From Azolla caroliniana (Eukaryota > Plantae > Polypodiophyta): 64,000 nucleotides of DNA. Position 1 is the first letter of the stretch; each line of letters starts with the position of its first letter. The position numbers and the translations under genes are program-made. Positions 36,283-49,355 of the stretch are shown one piece after another. The notes below the pieces were generated by a model. It was not told the DNA's origin, made no database searches, and saw nothing but the letters and a program-made list of their open reading frames with translations. The stretch lies in NCBI GenBank assembly GCA_043228905.1, contig JBHGNT010000020.1, positions 3,720,001 through 3,784,000 on the forward strand, in the 5' to 3' direction.

Positions 36283-38751
36283 ATGCCGATTCCTGTGTCT
36301 GAAGAACTGCGACTGTGGCTTCATGAGAGAAACTTACAAGGTTTCATCAAAGTAGCAGAAGCAGAACCTCATCCGCAGGCGGAAGAATTGGTACAACAAT
36401 TAGACATCACCAAGGTCACCACAAAGAAAATACGAAATGCATTACAGATGCCAAGAGGAGGCTTTGATGCAATTAAAAAACCTTCATCAGAAGCACTCCA
36501 ATCGTATTTCGGAGAATACTCACCCTCGGCAAAAGCATATCAGACTTATGGAGGTCGGGATGAGTTTTTCCATGAAGTGGCTAGATTTTTACTAGAGGTG
36601 GGATTTGTCAGTCCCCGTTTTTATTGTATGCCGAAAAAAAGGGCTGGGTTTATCATAGCCGCATACGAAAAAGAGGATTTCAACTGGCCACTATTGTCGG
36701 GGGAAGCTCTGAGAGAGCAGCTACAAGGGGTAAAAACAGGAAAACCAATGAAGCAAATTTTTGGTCGTTGGCTATCGGTATTGTTTCCGATTCAAGAATC
36801 GGAAACTCCTGTTCAGTCAAGAAGACCACCGATAGTACAAGCACCTCGAAGACACTGACAGGTAGCACATGAAGAATGGATAGAGGAAGAATCGGCACAT
36901 GCCGATAATATACAAACGGAAATGCCTCAGTCGGAACCACCAAGACCAGAGAATTCCGAAAACAGGCAACCAGCAGCCGAACAAGAAACAGTTGACCATT
37001 TGATAAACAAGCAGCAGCCGACAGAAAATCGACAACAAGCAGAGAAGATGCGACAAAGGACAAGGGTTAAACAAAAGGCTAATCGGCAATTCCAACCAGA
37101 AAACAGTGATGAGTCAGCACCGAAAAGGCAACGCACAAAGGAAAATTCGAATACACCTGTAGTCACAGAAGTAATAAAACCAGGGAATGAGAGCGTTTCG
37201 ACACAACTTCAACAAGGACAATCTTCAAAAGTAGCAATTCGGGAAGCACATGGGTGCTTGGATATCCCACCAGCAGCACATGAATTAGCTGCCATTTTAC
37301 AGTTCGGAACTTCATACGAACTGGTTGAATGGTTGGCTAGAAGATTGACAGAAGTATCAGAACGGCTGGCTCAAGAACATCATGACCGAATAATGATATA
37401 GAAGTCCTTACGAGGAGTGTTGGAACCTCAAGAAAATGCAGAGATAGAGAAAATCGGCTGGAAAAGAAATGCACAGAATAGAGGGGAGGCTATTGAAATG
37501 CCACCATTACATGAAGCACTGGTCGAAATTCATAGAGAATATGAAAAGGCACGCAAAGCAGCCAGTGATATGGCTGAAAGATACAAAAGTGTATCAACAT
37601 CGGCGGAGGTGCTGAAACGTCAGTTTTGTAACATACAGACAGAAAATAAAGAACTAAAAGAAAGTCTAAACAAATGGGAAACACAGGCACGACCTATGGC
37701 GTCGGAGTCAGAATGGCAGCAGAAATTGGAGGACGCTGAGAAAGCACGTCAAGCAGAAACAACAAGGGCCAACAATGCTGTATTTCGAACTACAGAATTA
37801 GAAAAACAAATAGAAACCATTCAGAATGGCCAATACAAAGTTCTCGAAGAAAAAAATCAATTAATAAACGAATTACAGAAAAATCTGGAAGAAGCTAAGA
37901 CGGTCAATCATACATATACCGAACAAATTGAGGAATTCGAAAGGTATATAGTGTCACAGGAAAGTCAATTGACAGAAAAAGAGCAGAGTCTTGAAGAAGT
38001 CAACAGAAGAATTACGGAACAGCAGGAGGAATGGAGCAAAGAGAAATCGGCATTCGAACAACAACTGAACGAAATCCGGAAGATATCGGAACAAAGGCGG
38101 CTGGACATATATGTAGTCGAATCCAAACTAATGCAGGCTGAAAGTGAAAACCGAGCCACCATTACGGATTTACGGAAAGAGTTGCAAGCCGCTCAATTCG
38201 ACGCAAGCATCACTAAGGACAAAGTGCAGCACATCATAGGGAAACATCGAAACCTAGCAAAGAAAATGATCAACGAATCCCTTACGCAAGGATGGAAGTT
38301 ATGGACGGCACAAGCGGCGGAATTACAGTTATTGCGTGCCGACAAAAATAACCGTCATGTCCAAGGTGCAGGTTTTTTTAAAATGGCACAAAAGGATATT
38401 GACAATATCCAAGAGGATATCATGAAAGATATGGACGAAATTGCGGCATTTTACAGAGAAGAAATTCAACGTATTATGCAAGAATTCGACAAAAATGATA
38501 TAGGCACTTCCGTCCAGTTGGATAAAATCGAAGCCGAAAGAACCGGCAAGACTCCTGGTCTTCAAGCTCCCGGAAGAAGTGAACCAGAGCAGCCAACCGA
38601 ATCACAACATGCAAAACCTGCTCCGAATGACGACTGTGACACAGATGAAGATGAAGATGAAGAGGAAGATATAGATGGAATACATCCAAGGCCAGAAGAG
38701 CCTTCGATTTTTGATATTCTGAACGATTCGGATGAAGAGCTACAGGAATAG
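36283..38751 (+). pseudogene. Gypsy C 3' extra ORF (~820 aa: globular N-domain, coiled coil, acidic tail; two premature stops)
   Basis: ORFs 36004, 36922 and 37417 share a frame; homologous to the D extra ORF. Confidence 0.8.
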
Positions 38752-38753
38752 GC

Positions 38754-38793
38754 GTGGGTTCGCTGGACAAGGTCCTGGCCCACGGACGTGCCA
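38754..38793 (+). other. tRNA-Arg-like hairpin ending in CCA at the PPT position of C
   Basis: GTGGGTTCGCTGGACAAGGTCCTGGCCCACGGACGTGCCA, then AG, then the LTR; no purine tract. Confidence 0.75.
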
Positions 38794-40275
38794 AGTGTTA
38801 CCCGGACCCGGACAGTCAGTTTTACCAAACAAGTGGGAAAGCGTCGAAAACGGAGTCGGTTCGGATCGACTGTTCAGATCGATGACTCAGTAGTGAACGA
38901 AGAGAACTAAGTTAGTTAGATAATTTTGTAATTCTTGATAGTAAGTAGGAATAGTTCTTGATGAGAAAAGACCTTCGGTATACCTATAAAAGGGAACCGA
39001 AGGCATTGTAAGAAAGGTCGTTTATTTAGTAATATAAGTTTAAGTTAGGAATATCATGTACGGATTCTGTGTTCTTTCTATTGTCTATTTTGTTAAGTGC
39101 AATCTTCCTAATTTATAACTAAGTAACGATCACGGTAATTACCGATTAATATAGTATATTTCTGTTCGTAAAACACAATTCCTTGTTAGAACGTTGAGTA
39201 GCAACGTTCACTCTTCTATATCGGTAGTAGTTAGTAATTAGCCGATTAACAACCTCCCATATCACGGCGTCGATTTTGTCCGGTCTCTTGTCCCCGAACT
39301 GAACCGGCAGCTAGAGGTCTTTAACAATGAGCATGTCCCTCATCTTCGACTTCCATACTGAATAGTTGGAGCCGGTGAGCTTGAACATGCTGCCAAATGA
39401 TTCGTCCATTTTCTGTGTCGATTTCACTCTGATACCACTTAACGGGAACCCAACGATCCTTATGCGCGACGCTCGGCCACAACCGAGCGTAGAATGATAC
39501 ACAGAAAACGGGAAATAAAACACGACACAAAGGAGAGGAAGATACACACACTCTACACAGGAGGTTTACGTGGAAAACCCCAAACTAGGGGAAAAAACCA
39601 CGGCAGTCCACAGGCTGCAAACTGTCACTATGTAAGAATGTACAAAATAGTGAGTCCACGGAGGCAACGACCTCGTGCTCACGATCTTCGCCACAGGCGG
39701 CGGTTACAACAGAGGCAACGACCTCGATCTCTCTCTCTCTCTCTCTCTCTCTGTACAGTTACACACTCTGATTTCGTGCAAAACAGAAAATGACAACACA
39801 TCCTAAAAGTTTGCCCTAAGTCATATTTATACTAATTTGACTTTTCGGCTATTTACAAATATAGCCTCGATGGGCTCTCAGAAACATATTTACTAATATG
39901 TCTCTTCCTCCGGTTCTCACCGGTTCTGCACCATCCGGCTCTCCGTAGCCGGGTACTCCTCATCCGGTTCACACCGGGCCTGCACCATCCGGCTCTCCGT
40001 AGCCGGGTACTACTCATCCGGTTCACACCGGGCCTGTATCATCCGGCTCTTCGTAGCCGGGTACTCCTCATCCGGTTCACACCGGGCCTGTATCATCCGG
40101 CTCTCCGTAGCCGGGTACTCCTCATCCGGTTCACACCGGGCCTGTATCATCCGGCTCTCCGTAGCCGGGTACTCCTCATCCGGTTCACACCAGGCCTATC
40201 GGCCTCGGCCGAGTTTGTTCGTCGGCACTGTTCTTCTCCCTTCCCATCCGGAGGGACCTCTCTCCCAACAACTCC

Positions 40276-42307
40276 ATCATAGACTTGGTGAAGAGGAAGA
40301 GGCTGTCGACGGAGACGGAACCGGAGAAGTCGGTGGAGGTGCGGACGATGCACATAGAGGACGTGGCGCTGGAAGACGAGTTGGCGGAGAGCCACTATTC
40401 GAGGCCGCACGGAGACCCCCGTGAAGATCGGAGATGTTGATGAACCAGTGGTGGCGTTGGTGGACCATGGATCAGAAATCAATTTGATGTCCATGGACTT
40501 CTATAAATGGCCGATCAACACCAAGCACGGGTGGAAAATACGTGCAACGACACGTGCCACCGAAGAGCTGCATGGAGCCTGCCCAAATGTACGAGTAAAG
40601 ATCGGCGATGTCGAGATTGACCAACACTTCTTCGTACAGGAGACGTCCTCACATCCGGTTATACTAGGAGAACTGGACATCACGGCAACACGGATGGAGA
40701 CCAAGGTGCTGGACAACGGCTCGGCCTATGCAAGGATCAAGAGCCAAGATGGGCGTCACTCGGTCCAGTTCCTGACTGTGAGACCGAACCATGAGCGGAA
40801 CCGCGAGACCCTCGGGGGCGAAAGTCGAGAGCATTTTTAGAGAGGGCTATCAAGGCGTGGGGCCGCGATAGTCCGGACACTCCGGGAAAACCCCACAAGT
40901 GTACGATAGCGGAGAAGACCTGTACTATAAGTAGGGAATTTTGGTTCTCCGACAATGGAGGGTGTACGACAGTCGACGTTGTTGGCCGGAAGAAGAGAAG
41001 GGCAGAGGAGCGACTTCGAGCATGTGGTATCCTCGGCCTCGGAGAGGAAATCAACGGAGCCGTGGAGGCAGTCTCTTTCGACGATACCTTGGGGGAGCTG
41101 CGAGAGGTGGTCGGAGGAGTTCTTAAAGAGGACCGGACGATTCCGGTATGTTCGGAAAGGATGTACGAAGTCATCGCTGAATTCAGTAGAGGGCTCGAGT
41201 CGGATCGGACGGCCCGGGTGGAGACGAGGTACAAGACTGTGGACCGGAAGGTGAGGCCAGTTGCGGCTCCCTTGCCGGAGGGCAGTGAGTTGCGAATAAA
41301 GGGGGTTGCGTCGGACCTGAGTTTACAAAATCCGGCCCGCATAGGACACACGTTCACCGACATAACGCTGCGCGAGCTCAAAATCGGTGGGGGCGGCTTC
41401 CTACTGCTGGCGGAAGAGGACCGTTTTCGGGGAATGCTCGGAAGGCACGGGAAGGCTTTCGCATTCTCACCAGAGGAGATCGGGTGCGTAGACCCAACAG
41501 TCGTGGAACCGATGGTGATATTCACGGTACCGCATGTGTCGTGGAGTCTCAAACCGATTCCAGTACCCAGAGCTCACATCCCGAAGTTGATGGAGCTGTT
41601 AAAGCAGAAGTTCGAGATGGGAATCCTCGAACCGTCGAGTGCCCCATACTTGAATCAGTGGTTTACCGTGCCGAAGAAGGACGGCACGCTGCGCTTTATT
41701 CAAGACTTGCAGCCGGTCAACAAGGTGACCATTCGAAACGCAGGAATCGGACCGACAATAGACAAGTTCGCAGAGGCCTTCGCCGGAAGGTCGATTTACT
41801 CGGTCGGTGATCTCTACTCGGGGTACGATCAGTTCCAGCTAGCCATAGAGAGCCGAGACATCACGACAATGCGAACTCCTCTCGGCCTAGTACGGATGTG
41901 TACCCTACCGCAAGGAGGGACGAACTGGGTGGCTCACATGGTGAACGCAATGAACAAAGTGTTGAGGGATTGTATCCCGGACATCACCATGCTGTTTTTG
42001 GACGACGTCCCGATCAAGGGATGCCCGGTGGAGGAAAGGGACGAGATGATCGGACCGGACTGATGCCGGATATTCGTGGTGACGCACATCGATGACTGCG
42101 AGAAGGTGCTGCAGAGGTTGGAGGGGGCGAGGCTCACCTTCTCCGGGGGAAAATCGGCCTTCGGGCAATCAGAGATCATGGTCGTTGGACACCTATGCGG
42201 GCCGTACGGCCGGAAACCGTCTCCGACTAAGGTAGAAGCCATCTCCGCGATGAAGAACGACTGTAGCTCCGTCACGGAGGTTCGGGGGTTCTTGGGAGCG
42301 TGCGCGT
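40276..42307 (+). pseudogene. pol: Gypsy F protease and RT (continues at 49360-50090 and 55729-57213)
   Basis: LVDHGSEINL, DLYSGYDQ, LPQGGTN, FLDD; RNase H and integrase in the later segments. Confidence 0.9.
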
Positions 42308-45300
42308 TGTCGTGAAGAAAACCGTCCATAAGCGGAATCGGCGCACCGAGGCGTGGGAACCGGTTCCTCACGCGCGCACGCTCCAAGTTGTACATAGAAG
42401 CGAATTAGGAGGATAATCGGCAGGAACGGGCCCTAACACGAGCGGAGACAAAGACCGCGCGAACAGTCTTTTCGGTCGCGCGCGCGAACTGTACGAGTCG
42501 GCGGCGTAACTACGCGGATGCGTGAAGAACGGAGCGGATCCCTGTCCAAAAGGGACAGGGAATAAAGCTGACAGGACGGCCTGCTCGTCGGCCTATATAA
42601 GGAGCAGGAAAGAGCTGTTGCAGGGATCTCGCGCGGAGAGGACGAAGTGCTGTCGGACCGTTTCTGGACGCTTCTCTCTCTGTTTCCTTCCTTCTCGAGC
42701 TCCATAGCTTTCTGTGCAGGGTCCCGAGGAGGCTCGCGCTGTCTCGAGGAACGCCCGAGTGCTTCCGGCAGCACCTCCGACCTGTTACCCCTTTGTGCTT
42801 CGAAGCGAACAGGCATCGGCATCTGTTCGCCGGCCTGTTCAGTTGTAACCAACCTGTGCCCCATCGAGGGTTGTAGTCGTGTTAGCCATTTTTGTTAATT
42901 AACATACTTAGTCATTCGCATCTGTCTATGTCGGTGTCTGTTCGCGTTCTCCGTGCTGAAGGGCCGTGTCCCTATGTATCCCGGGTCCTGCGTAGCCGGT
43001 TCTCTCTCTTTCTCCTCCCTCGCTTGCTCTTTGGTTCGAGACCCCCGCGGTCCCGCCTCGTTTCCACACGCACTTGCGTAATATCTCGACATCTTTGGTG
43101 AACCCGACGTGAAGGAGGCGGCAGAAGAGCAGAAGATGAGGGGGTCGGATCTTGCAGAGGCCATGGCTTCGGCCGTGGATCGGATTGTAAACGCACGCGA
43201 GGGCACCAGTGCCCTCGACAGAGCCATTGAGGCGGTCGTCGGCACGATCGGCCGGTTCGATGGGAAGGATGCCACGAAGTATTTGGCGTCCTACGGTGCA
43301 GAGATGCTGATGCGGGACATTCCGGAAGAAAGGCGTCTTGCCGGATTTCCCCGCGTGGCGATGCCGAGCATCCATGCGGAGGTGCTCGAGGTGCGGGCGG
43401 AGAGCCGTACCTGGGAGGAGTTCGAAGGTCGGCTCCTAGAGAAATACGGGCTGGACGACGCGCTCCGGCTTTCGAAGCGAAGGTTCATGGAATAGGTGGA
43501 GTCCCCGGGGAAGGGAAGAAACGCGTCGGCACTCCTCCGGGAGTTCGAGGAAAACTTTTCGCGCCTTTCGGCGCTCGACCGAACCATCCTGGACACGAGC
43601 CGGGTCTTGCTGTTTGTCAAGTCGGTCGACGAGCGGGATCGGGAGCAAGTGGGCCTCTTACTGGAAACCGAAGACGGGCTCACTACCGACTGGGCGGCTG
43701 TCAAGAAAGTCTGCGGCCGTTTTGACAAACGGCGAGAATTGGCACAACCGGGTCGGGCTCGGTCGCAGTAGGGAAGCTCGAACCAGCGCCGCAGGTGCGA
43801 AAGGAAGAGACCCGAGAGTGGTTGGAAACCGGTTCGGCTTCGACCGGCGTAGTCAGAGGCTCAACCGGAGGAGCGGCGTTGGAGGAATTGACGAGGGCGA
43901 TAAAGGACCTCCAAATCGCGCAAGCCCGAAGGGAAGGTGGCGAACCGGCTCGTGACCAACGGCCGGCGGCAGGAAACAGGTGCATGTGGTGCGATGAAGT
44001 CGGCCACATTCGGAAGGACTGCGGCGACTTCGCGGAGTCGCTGAGGAACAGGGTGGTGTACCTGTGGGAAGGACGGGTGCATGCCAGCGACACCCGAAGG
44101 GCCCTGAGCCGAAACGAGTGCGGGAGATGACCGGGTGGAGCGACCCGGTCGAGGAAAAGACGGGCTTCGTGGAAGCCGCTTGCCAGAACTACGAGGCTCT
44201 GGTAGAAGAGAAGCGGGTGGGGAAACCCGGGACGACCGGGCCCTCACAACGATACGAGACCCGGTCCGGGCCACGACGGGACGAAGCCGACGGGGCCGGT
44301 ACGCAAGATAAACCCTAGAAGGGCGGGTACCGTCTGGGGACGGAGATAGAAAGGACCACGGACTTACGAAAGGTCCTGGAGGAACGGATCCTCGACAGCA
44401 AGGTGGAGCTCTCGTTACGAGAGGTGCTGGGAATCGCCAAGAAGGAGTTCCACGACTCCATCGTGGACTTGGTGAAATGGAAGAGGCTGTCAACGGAGAC
44501 AGAACTGGAAAGACCGGTGGAAGTGCGGACGACGCACCTAGACGACATGGCGTTGGGAGACGAGTGGGCGGAAAGCCACTATTCGAGACCACACTGGGCC
44601 CGAGCGACCACGGAAACCCCGGTGAAGATCGGCGATGTCCAGGAACCGGTGATAGCTTTGGTGGACCACGGATCGGAGATCAATTTGATGTCCATGGACT
44701 TCTATAAGAAGGGCAAATGGCCGATCAACACCAAGCACGGGTGGAAAATAAGGGCAGCAACGCGCGCCACCGAGGAACTGCACGGGGCCTGTCCGAATGT
44801 GCGAGTCAAGATCGGCGACGTCGAGATTGACCATAACTTCTTCGTGCAGGAGACGTCTTCGCATCCGGTCATACTGGGAGAGCCGTACATCACGGCGGCA
44901 CGAATGGAGACCAAGGTGCTGGACAATGGTTCGGCCTACGCGAGGGTCAAAAGCCAAGACGGGCGCCATTCGGTCCAGTTTCTGACGGTACGGCCGAACC
45001 ACGAACGTAACCGCGACTCCCTCGGTTCCGAAAACCGAGAGGATTTTTAGAGAGGACTGCCAAGGCGTGGGGCCGCGACAGTCCGGATGCTCCGGGAAAA
45101 CCCCACATCTGTACGATAAAACCGTGTACAATAGGTAGGAAATTTTGCTTCTCCGACAGCGGAGCATGTACGATGGTCGGCATCGCCGGCCGAGAGAAAA
45201 CAAAGACGGAGGGGAGACTTCGGGCGTGCGGAGTTCTCGGCCCTGACGAAGAAATCAACGGAGCCATGGAAGCAGTCTCCTTCGACGACACCTTGGGAAT

Positions 45301-48300
45301 GCTGGGAAAGGTAGTCGAAGAAGACCTTAACGAAGACCGGACGATACCGGTATGTTCGAAGAAATGTACGAAGTCATCGCGGACTTCGGTCGAGGGCTCG
45401 AGTCGGAACGGACGGCCCGAGTTAGCACCAAGTACAAGACTGTGGACCGGAAGGTGAGGCCAGTTGCGGCGCCCTTACCGGAGGGCAGCGAATCCCGAAT
45501 CAAAGGGGTTGCATCGGACCCCAGCTTACGAGATCCGGCCTGCATAGGACACACCTTCACCAACGAGACGCTCCGCGAGCTGAAGATTGGTGGGGGCGGG
45601 TTCCTACTGCCGGTGGAGGAAGACCGGTTTCGGAGAATGCTCGGTAGGCACGGGAAAGCCTTCGCATTCTCACCGGAGGAAATCGGGTGCGTAGACCCGA
45701 CGATCGTAGAGCCAATGGTGATATTCACGGTACCGCATGTACCGTGGAATCTCAAGCCAATTCCGGTTCCGAGAGCCCACATCCCGAAGTTGATGGAGCT
45801 GTTGAAGCAGAAAGTTGATATGGGCATTCTCGAGCCGTCGAGCGCCCCGTATTCAAACCGATGGTTTACCGTACCAAAGAAAAACGGATCGTTGCGCTTC
45901 ATTCAGGACCTGCAGCCGGTCAATAGAGTGACCATTCGGAACACAGGGATCGGACCGACCATAGACGAGTTCGCGGAGGCCTTCGCCGGAAGGTCGATTT
46001 ACTCGGTCGATGATCTATACTCAGGGTACGACCAGTTCCAGCTAGTCGTGGAGAGCAGAGACATTACGACGATGCGAACTCCCCTCGGCCTAGTGCGGAT
46101 GTGTACGCTGCCGCAAGGAGGGACCAACTCGGTGGCCCACATGGTGAATGCAATGAACAAAGTGCTGAGGGACTGCATCCCGGACATCACCATGCCATTT
46201 CTAGACGACATCCCGATCAAGGGATGCCCGGTAGAAGAGAAGGACGAGACGATCGGGCCGGACGGATGCCGGCGATTCGTGATGACGCACATCGACGACT
46301 GCGAGAAGGTGCTGCAAAGGCTAGAGGATGCGAGGCTCACCTTCTCGGGGGAGAAGTCAGCCTTCGGACAATCGGAAATCATGGTGGTCGGACATTTATG
46401 TGGACCATATGGCCGGAAACCGTCTCCGGCAAAGGTAGAAGCCATCTCCGCGATGAAGCCTGATTGCAGCTCGGTCACGGAAGTACGAAGATTCTTGGGA
46501 GCATGCGCCTTCTACCACATATGGATCCCGCATTACGCGCACGTCGCGGAGCCGCTGTACGGATTATTGAAGAAAGGGTGAAGATTCGAATGGCTAGACA
46601 AGCACACGGAGTCGGTCCGGAAGCTGAAGGAGGCTCTTTCGGCAGCACCGGCGCTCCGAAAGGCCGTCTACAGGAAGGGCACCCCAGTGTACATAACGGT
46701 TGACACGAGTCCGACCGGAATCGGGTGGGTCGTCAACCAAGAAGACGAGGACGGCAATCGGTTTCCGATCCGATTCGGCGCAAAGGTCCTCAGTTAGCGG
46801 CAACGAGGATACGCCCAGGTTAAACGCGAACTCTGGGGTATCGTTTCGGCGGTGAAGGCCGACAAGGACTATCTGATCGGGACAGAGGTAATCATAGAGA
46901 CGGATTGCATGCCGATTCTCGGCATGGTTTCCGGATGCGCGACGCCGGACCTGGCAATGCTCAGGTGGATAGCGTACATCGTCCCTAGACCCGGAAATAC
47001 GACACATTTCCGGGAAAGACAACGCCATGGCCGACATGCTTTCAAGGGCGAGATTCGATGACGAGGGCGGCATGGTTTCGGAGGACGAAGAGGTCGGCGT
47101 GGACTTCTTCGAGGCTGCATATGTAACAACCGACGGAACAAGCACTCTGGCGCTTAACGACTTCGACGCGAGCAAGTACGACGGGGAGTGGCTGCAGATC
47201 GGTGGGTTTTTGAAGACAATGACGCCCGATGCGTCATGGACGAAGGACGAGGCCAACCGGATCCGGAAGAAAGCGTACCGGTTCTTTCTCCGGGATGGCT
47301 ATCTATGGAAGCACCCGAAGAAGAGGGACGGCGCTCCGCTCCGGGTGGTGGCGATGAAGGAAGATCAGGAGGAGCTGCTAGCGGCCTACCACGACAGCCC
47401 TTGGGCTGGACACCGTGGAACATGGGCTACGTTCGAGAAGATAAAGGAGAAGTACTGGTGGCCGGGACTGTACCGGGACGTGCATCGATTCGTGACAACT
47501 TGCGAGAGCTGTCAGATGCACTCCATAGTCCGACATCGAGACGAGCTTCACCCTTCGTACCCTCCGACCATCCACTTCAAATGGATGGTAGATCTGGTGA
47601 CGATGCCAATGGGGGTAGGACAGATGCGGTACCTGGTCCTAGCGCGGGAGGATCTGACGAACCAGGTGGAAGGCCGGGCCCTTCCGAACAAAACGACCGC
47701 GGCCGTATGTCGGTTCCTAATCGAGGACGTGATATGCCGGTACGGGTGCGTCGGGAAGATCGTGGCTGACCGAGGGGAGTTGGACGCCGAAGAAGCCGCG
47801 GAGCTGTTCGACCGGCTGGGAGTCAAGCTCTCGCTCACCACTGCGTACAATCCGGAGGCGAATGGAAAGGTGGAGCGCGGACACGGACCGATCGTCAAGG
47901 CGTTGGTTCGGGCATGCGGAGGCCGAGTCGGTAACTGGCCGTGACTGCTACCTTATGCTTTGTGGGCAGACCGGACCACGCACAGTTTGGTAACCGGGTA
48001 CATGCCGACGGAGCTCATGTTCGGCCAGAAGCCGATCATGCCGATGGAACGGACGATCTCCTCGTGGGCAACGGTCGACTGGAGGGACGAGATGAACCGG
48101 GAGGAGTTGTTGGCCACGCGTATACGACAACTCGAGCGGAGACCGGAGGACGTGAAGCTGGCTGCGGAGAAGCTCCGGGTGGCGAGGACAAAGAACAAAG
48201 CCAGGTTCGACCGAACGCACCGGCTCCGACCGAAGAAAATCGAAGAAGGTGACTGGGTGCTCGTCTACGACAGCAGCCTCGACAACCAGCACCGAGCTAC

Positions 48301-49355
48301 ACGGAAGTTCGCACGAAGGCGCCAATGACAACGGGACATATCACCTGGCGGAACTCGACGGCACGAGAATGGCGGTACCGGTTGCAGGGAAGCGGATCAA
48401 AGCGTTCAAGAAGCGACACGACGACGAGCCAGATCCGGCTCTCCTAGTCAGCAGCGACGAACGATCCGAAAACGAGGAAGAACCGACGGGCGAGGAATGA
48501 AGACGGGCCGGTTTTCTCCGTCCCAACTCTCTTGGCGCATACCGGAGGATGCGCGGTTAGGTGGGGGCGGATGTCGTGAAGAAAACCGTCCATAAGCGGA
48601 ATCGGCGCACCGAGGCGTGGGAACCGGTTCCTCACGCGCGCACGCTCCAAGTTGTACATAGAAGCGAATTAGGAGGATAATCGGCAAGAACGGGCCCTAA
48701 CACGAGCGGAGACAAAGACCGCGCGAACAGTCTTTTCGGTCGCGCGCGCGAACTGTACGAGTCGGCGGCGTAACTACGCGGATGCGTGAAGAACGGAGCG
48801 GATCCCTGTCCAAAAGGGACAGGGAGTAAAGCTGACAGGACGGCCTGCTCGTCGGCCTATATAAGGAGCAGGAAAGAGCTGTTGCAGGGATCTCGCGCGG
48901 AGAGGACGAAGTGCTGTCGGACCGTTTCTGGACGCTTCTCTCTCTGTTTCCTTCCTTCTCGAGCTCCATAGCTTTCTGTGCAGGGTCCCGAGGAGGCTCG
49001 CGCTGTCTCGAGGAACGCCCGAGTGCTTCCGGCAGCACCTCCGACCTGTTACCCCTTTGTGCTTCGAAGCGAACAGGCATCAGCATCTGTTCGCCGGCCT
49101 GTTCGGTTGTAACCAACCTGTGCCCCATCGAGGGTTGTAGTCGTGTTAGCCATTTTTGTTAATTAACATACTTATTCATTCGCATCTGTTTGTGTCGGTG
49201 TCTGTTCGCGTTCTCCGTGCTGAAGGGCCGTGTCCCTGTGTATCCCCGGTCCTGCGTAGCCGGTTCTCTCTCTTTCTCCTCCCTCGCTTGCTCTTTGGTT
49301 CGAGACCCCCGCGGTCCCGCCTCGTTTCCACACGCACTTGCGTAATATCTCGACA
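42308..49355 (+). mobile_element. Ty3/gypsy G, close relative of F, inserted in F pol
   Basis: 784-bp near-identical LTRs 42308-43091 and 48572-49355; Trp PBS from 43096; PPT ~48560-48571; 4-bp TSD GCGT. Confidence 0.95.
43136..48500 (+). pseudogene. gag-pol: Gypsy G gag-PR / RT-RH-IN with stops and small deletions
   Basis: ORFs 43109-48500 are collinear with F proteins. Confidence 0.9.

Larger units (their letters stand above)
23850..39251 (+). mobile_element. Non-chromovirus (Athila/Tat-side) Ty3/gypsy C with 3' extra ORF and nested PLE
   Basis: 456-bp LTRs 23850-24305 and 38796-39251; ACCTC TSD at 23845-23849 and 39252-39256; no chromodomain. Confidence 0.95.
19128..40270 (-). mobile_element. 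Ty1/copia E, complete, with Gypsy C nested in its gag
   Basis: LTRs 19128-19951 and 39440-40270; ACTCC TSD at 19123-19127 and 40271-40275; Met PBS 39427-39437; PPT GAAGGGGGAG 19954-19963. Confidence 0.95.

Noticed and set aside
37417-38751. Retroviral env or host SMC/myosin gene
   Set aside because: No evident signal peptide or transmembrane segment; generic coiled coil within an LTR-bounded element, with a homologue in D
38754-38793. Bona fide tRNA-Arg gene
   Set aside because: Only a 3'-half-like sequence with encoded CCA; no D or anticodon arm
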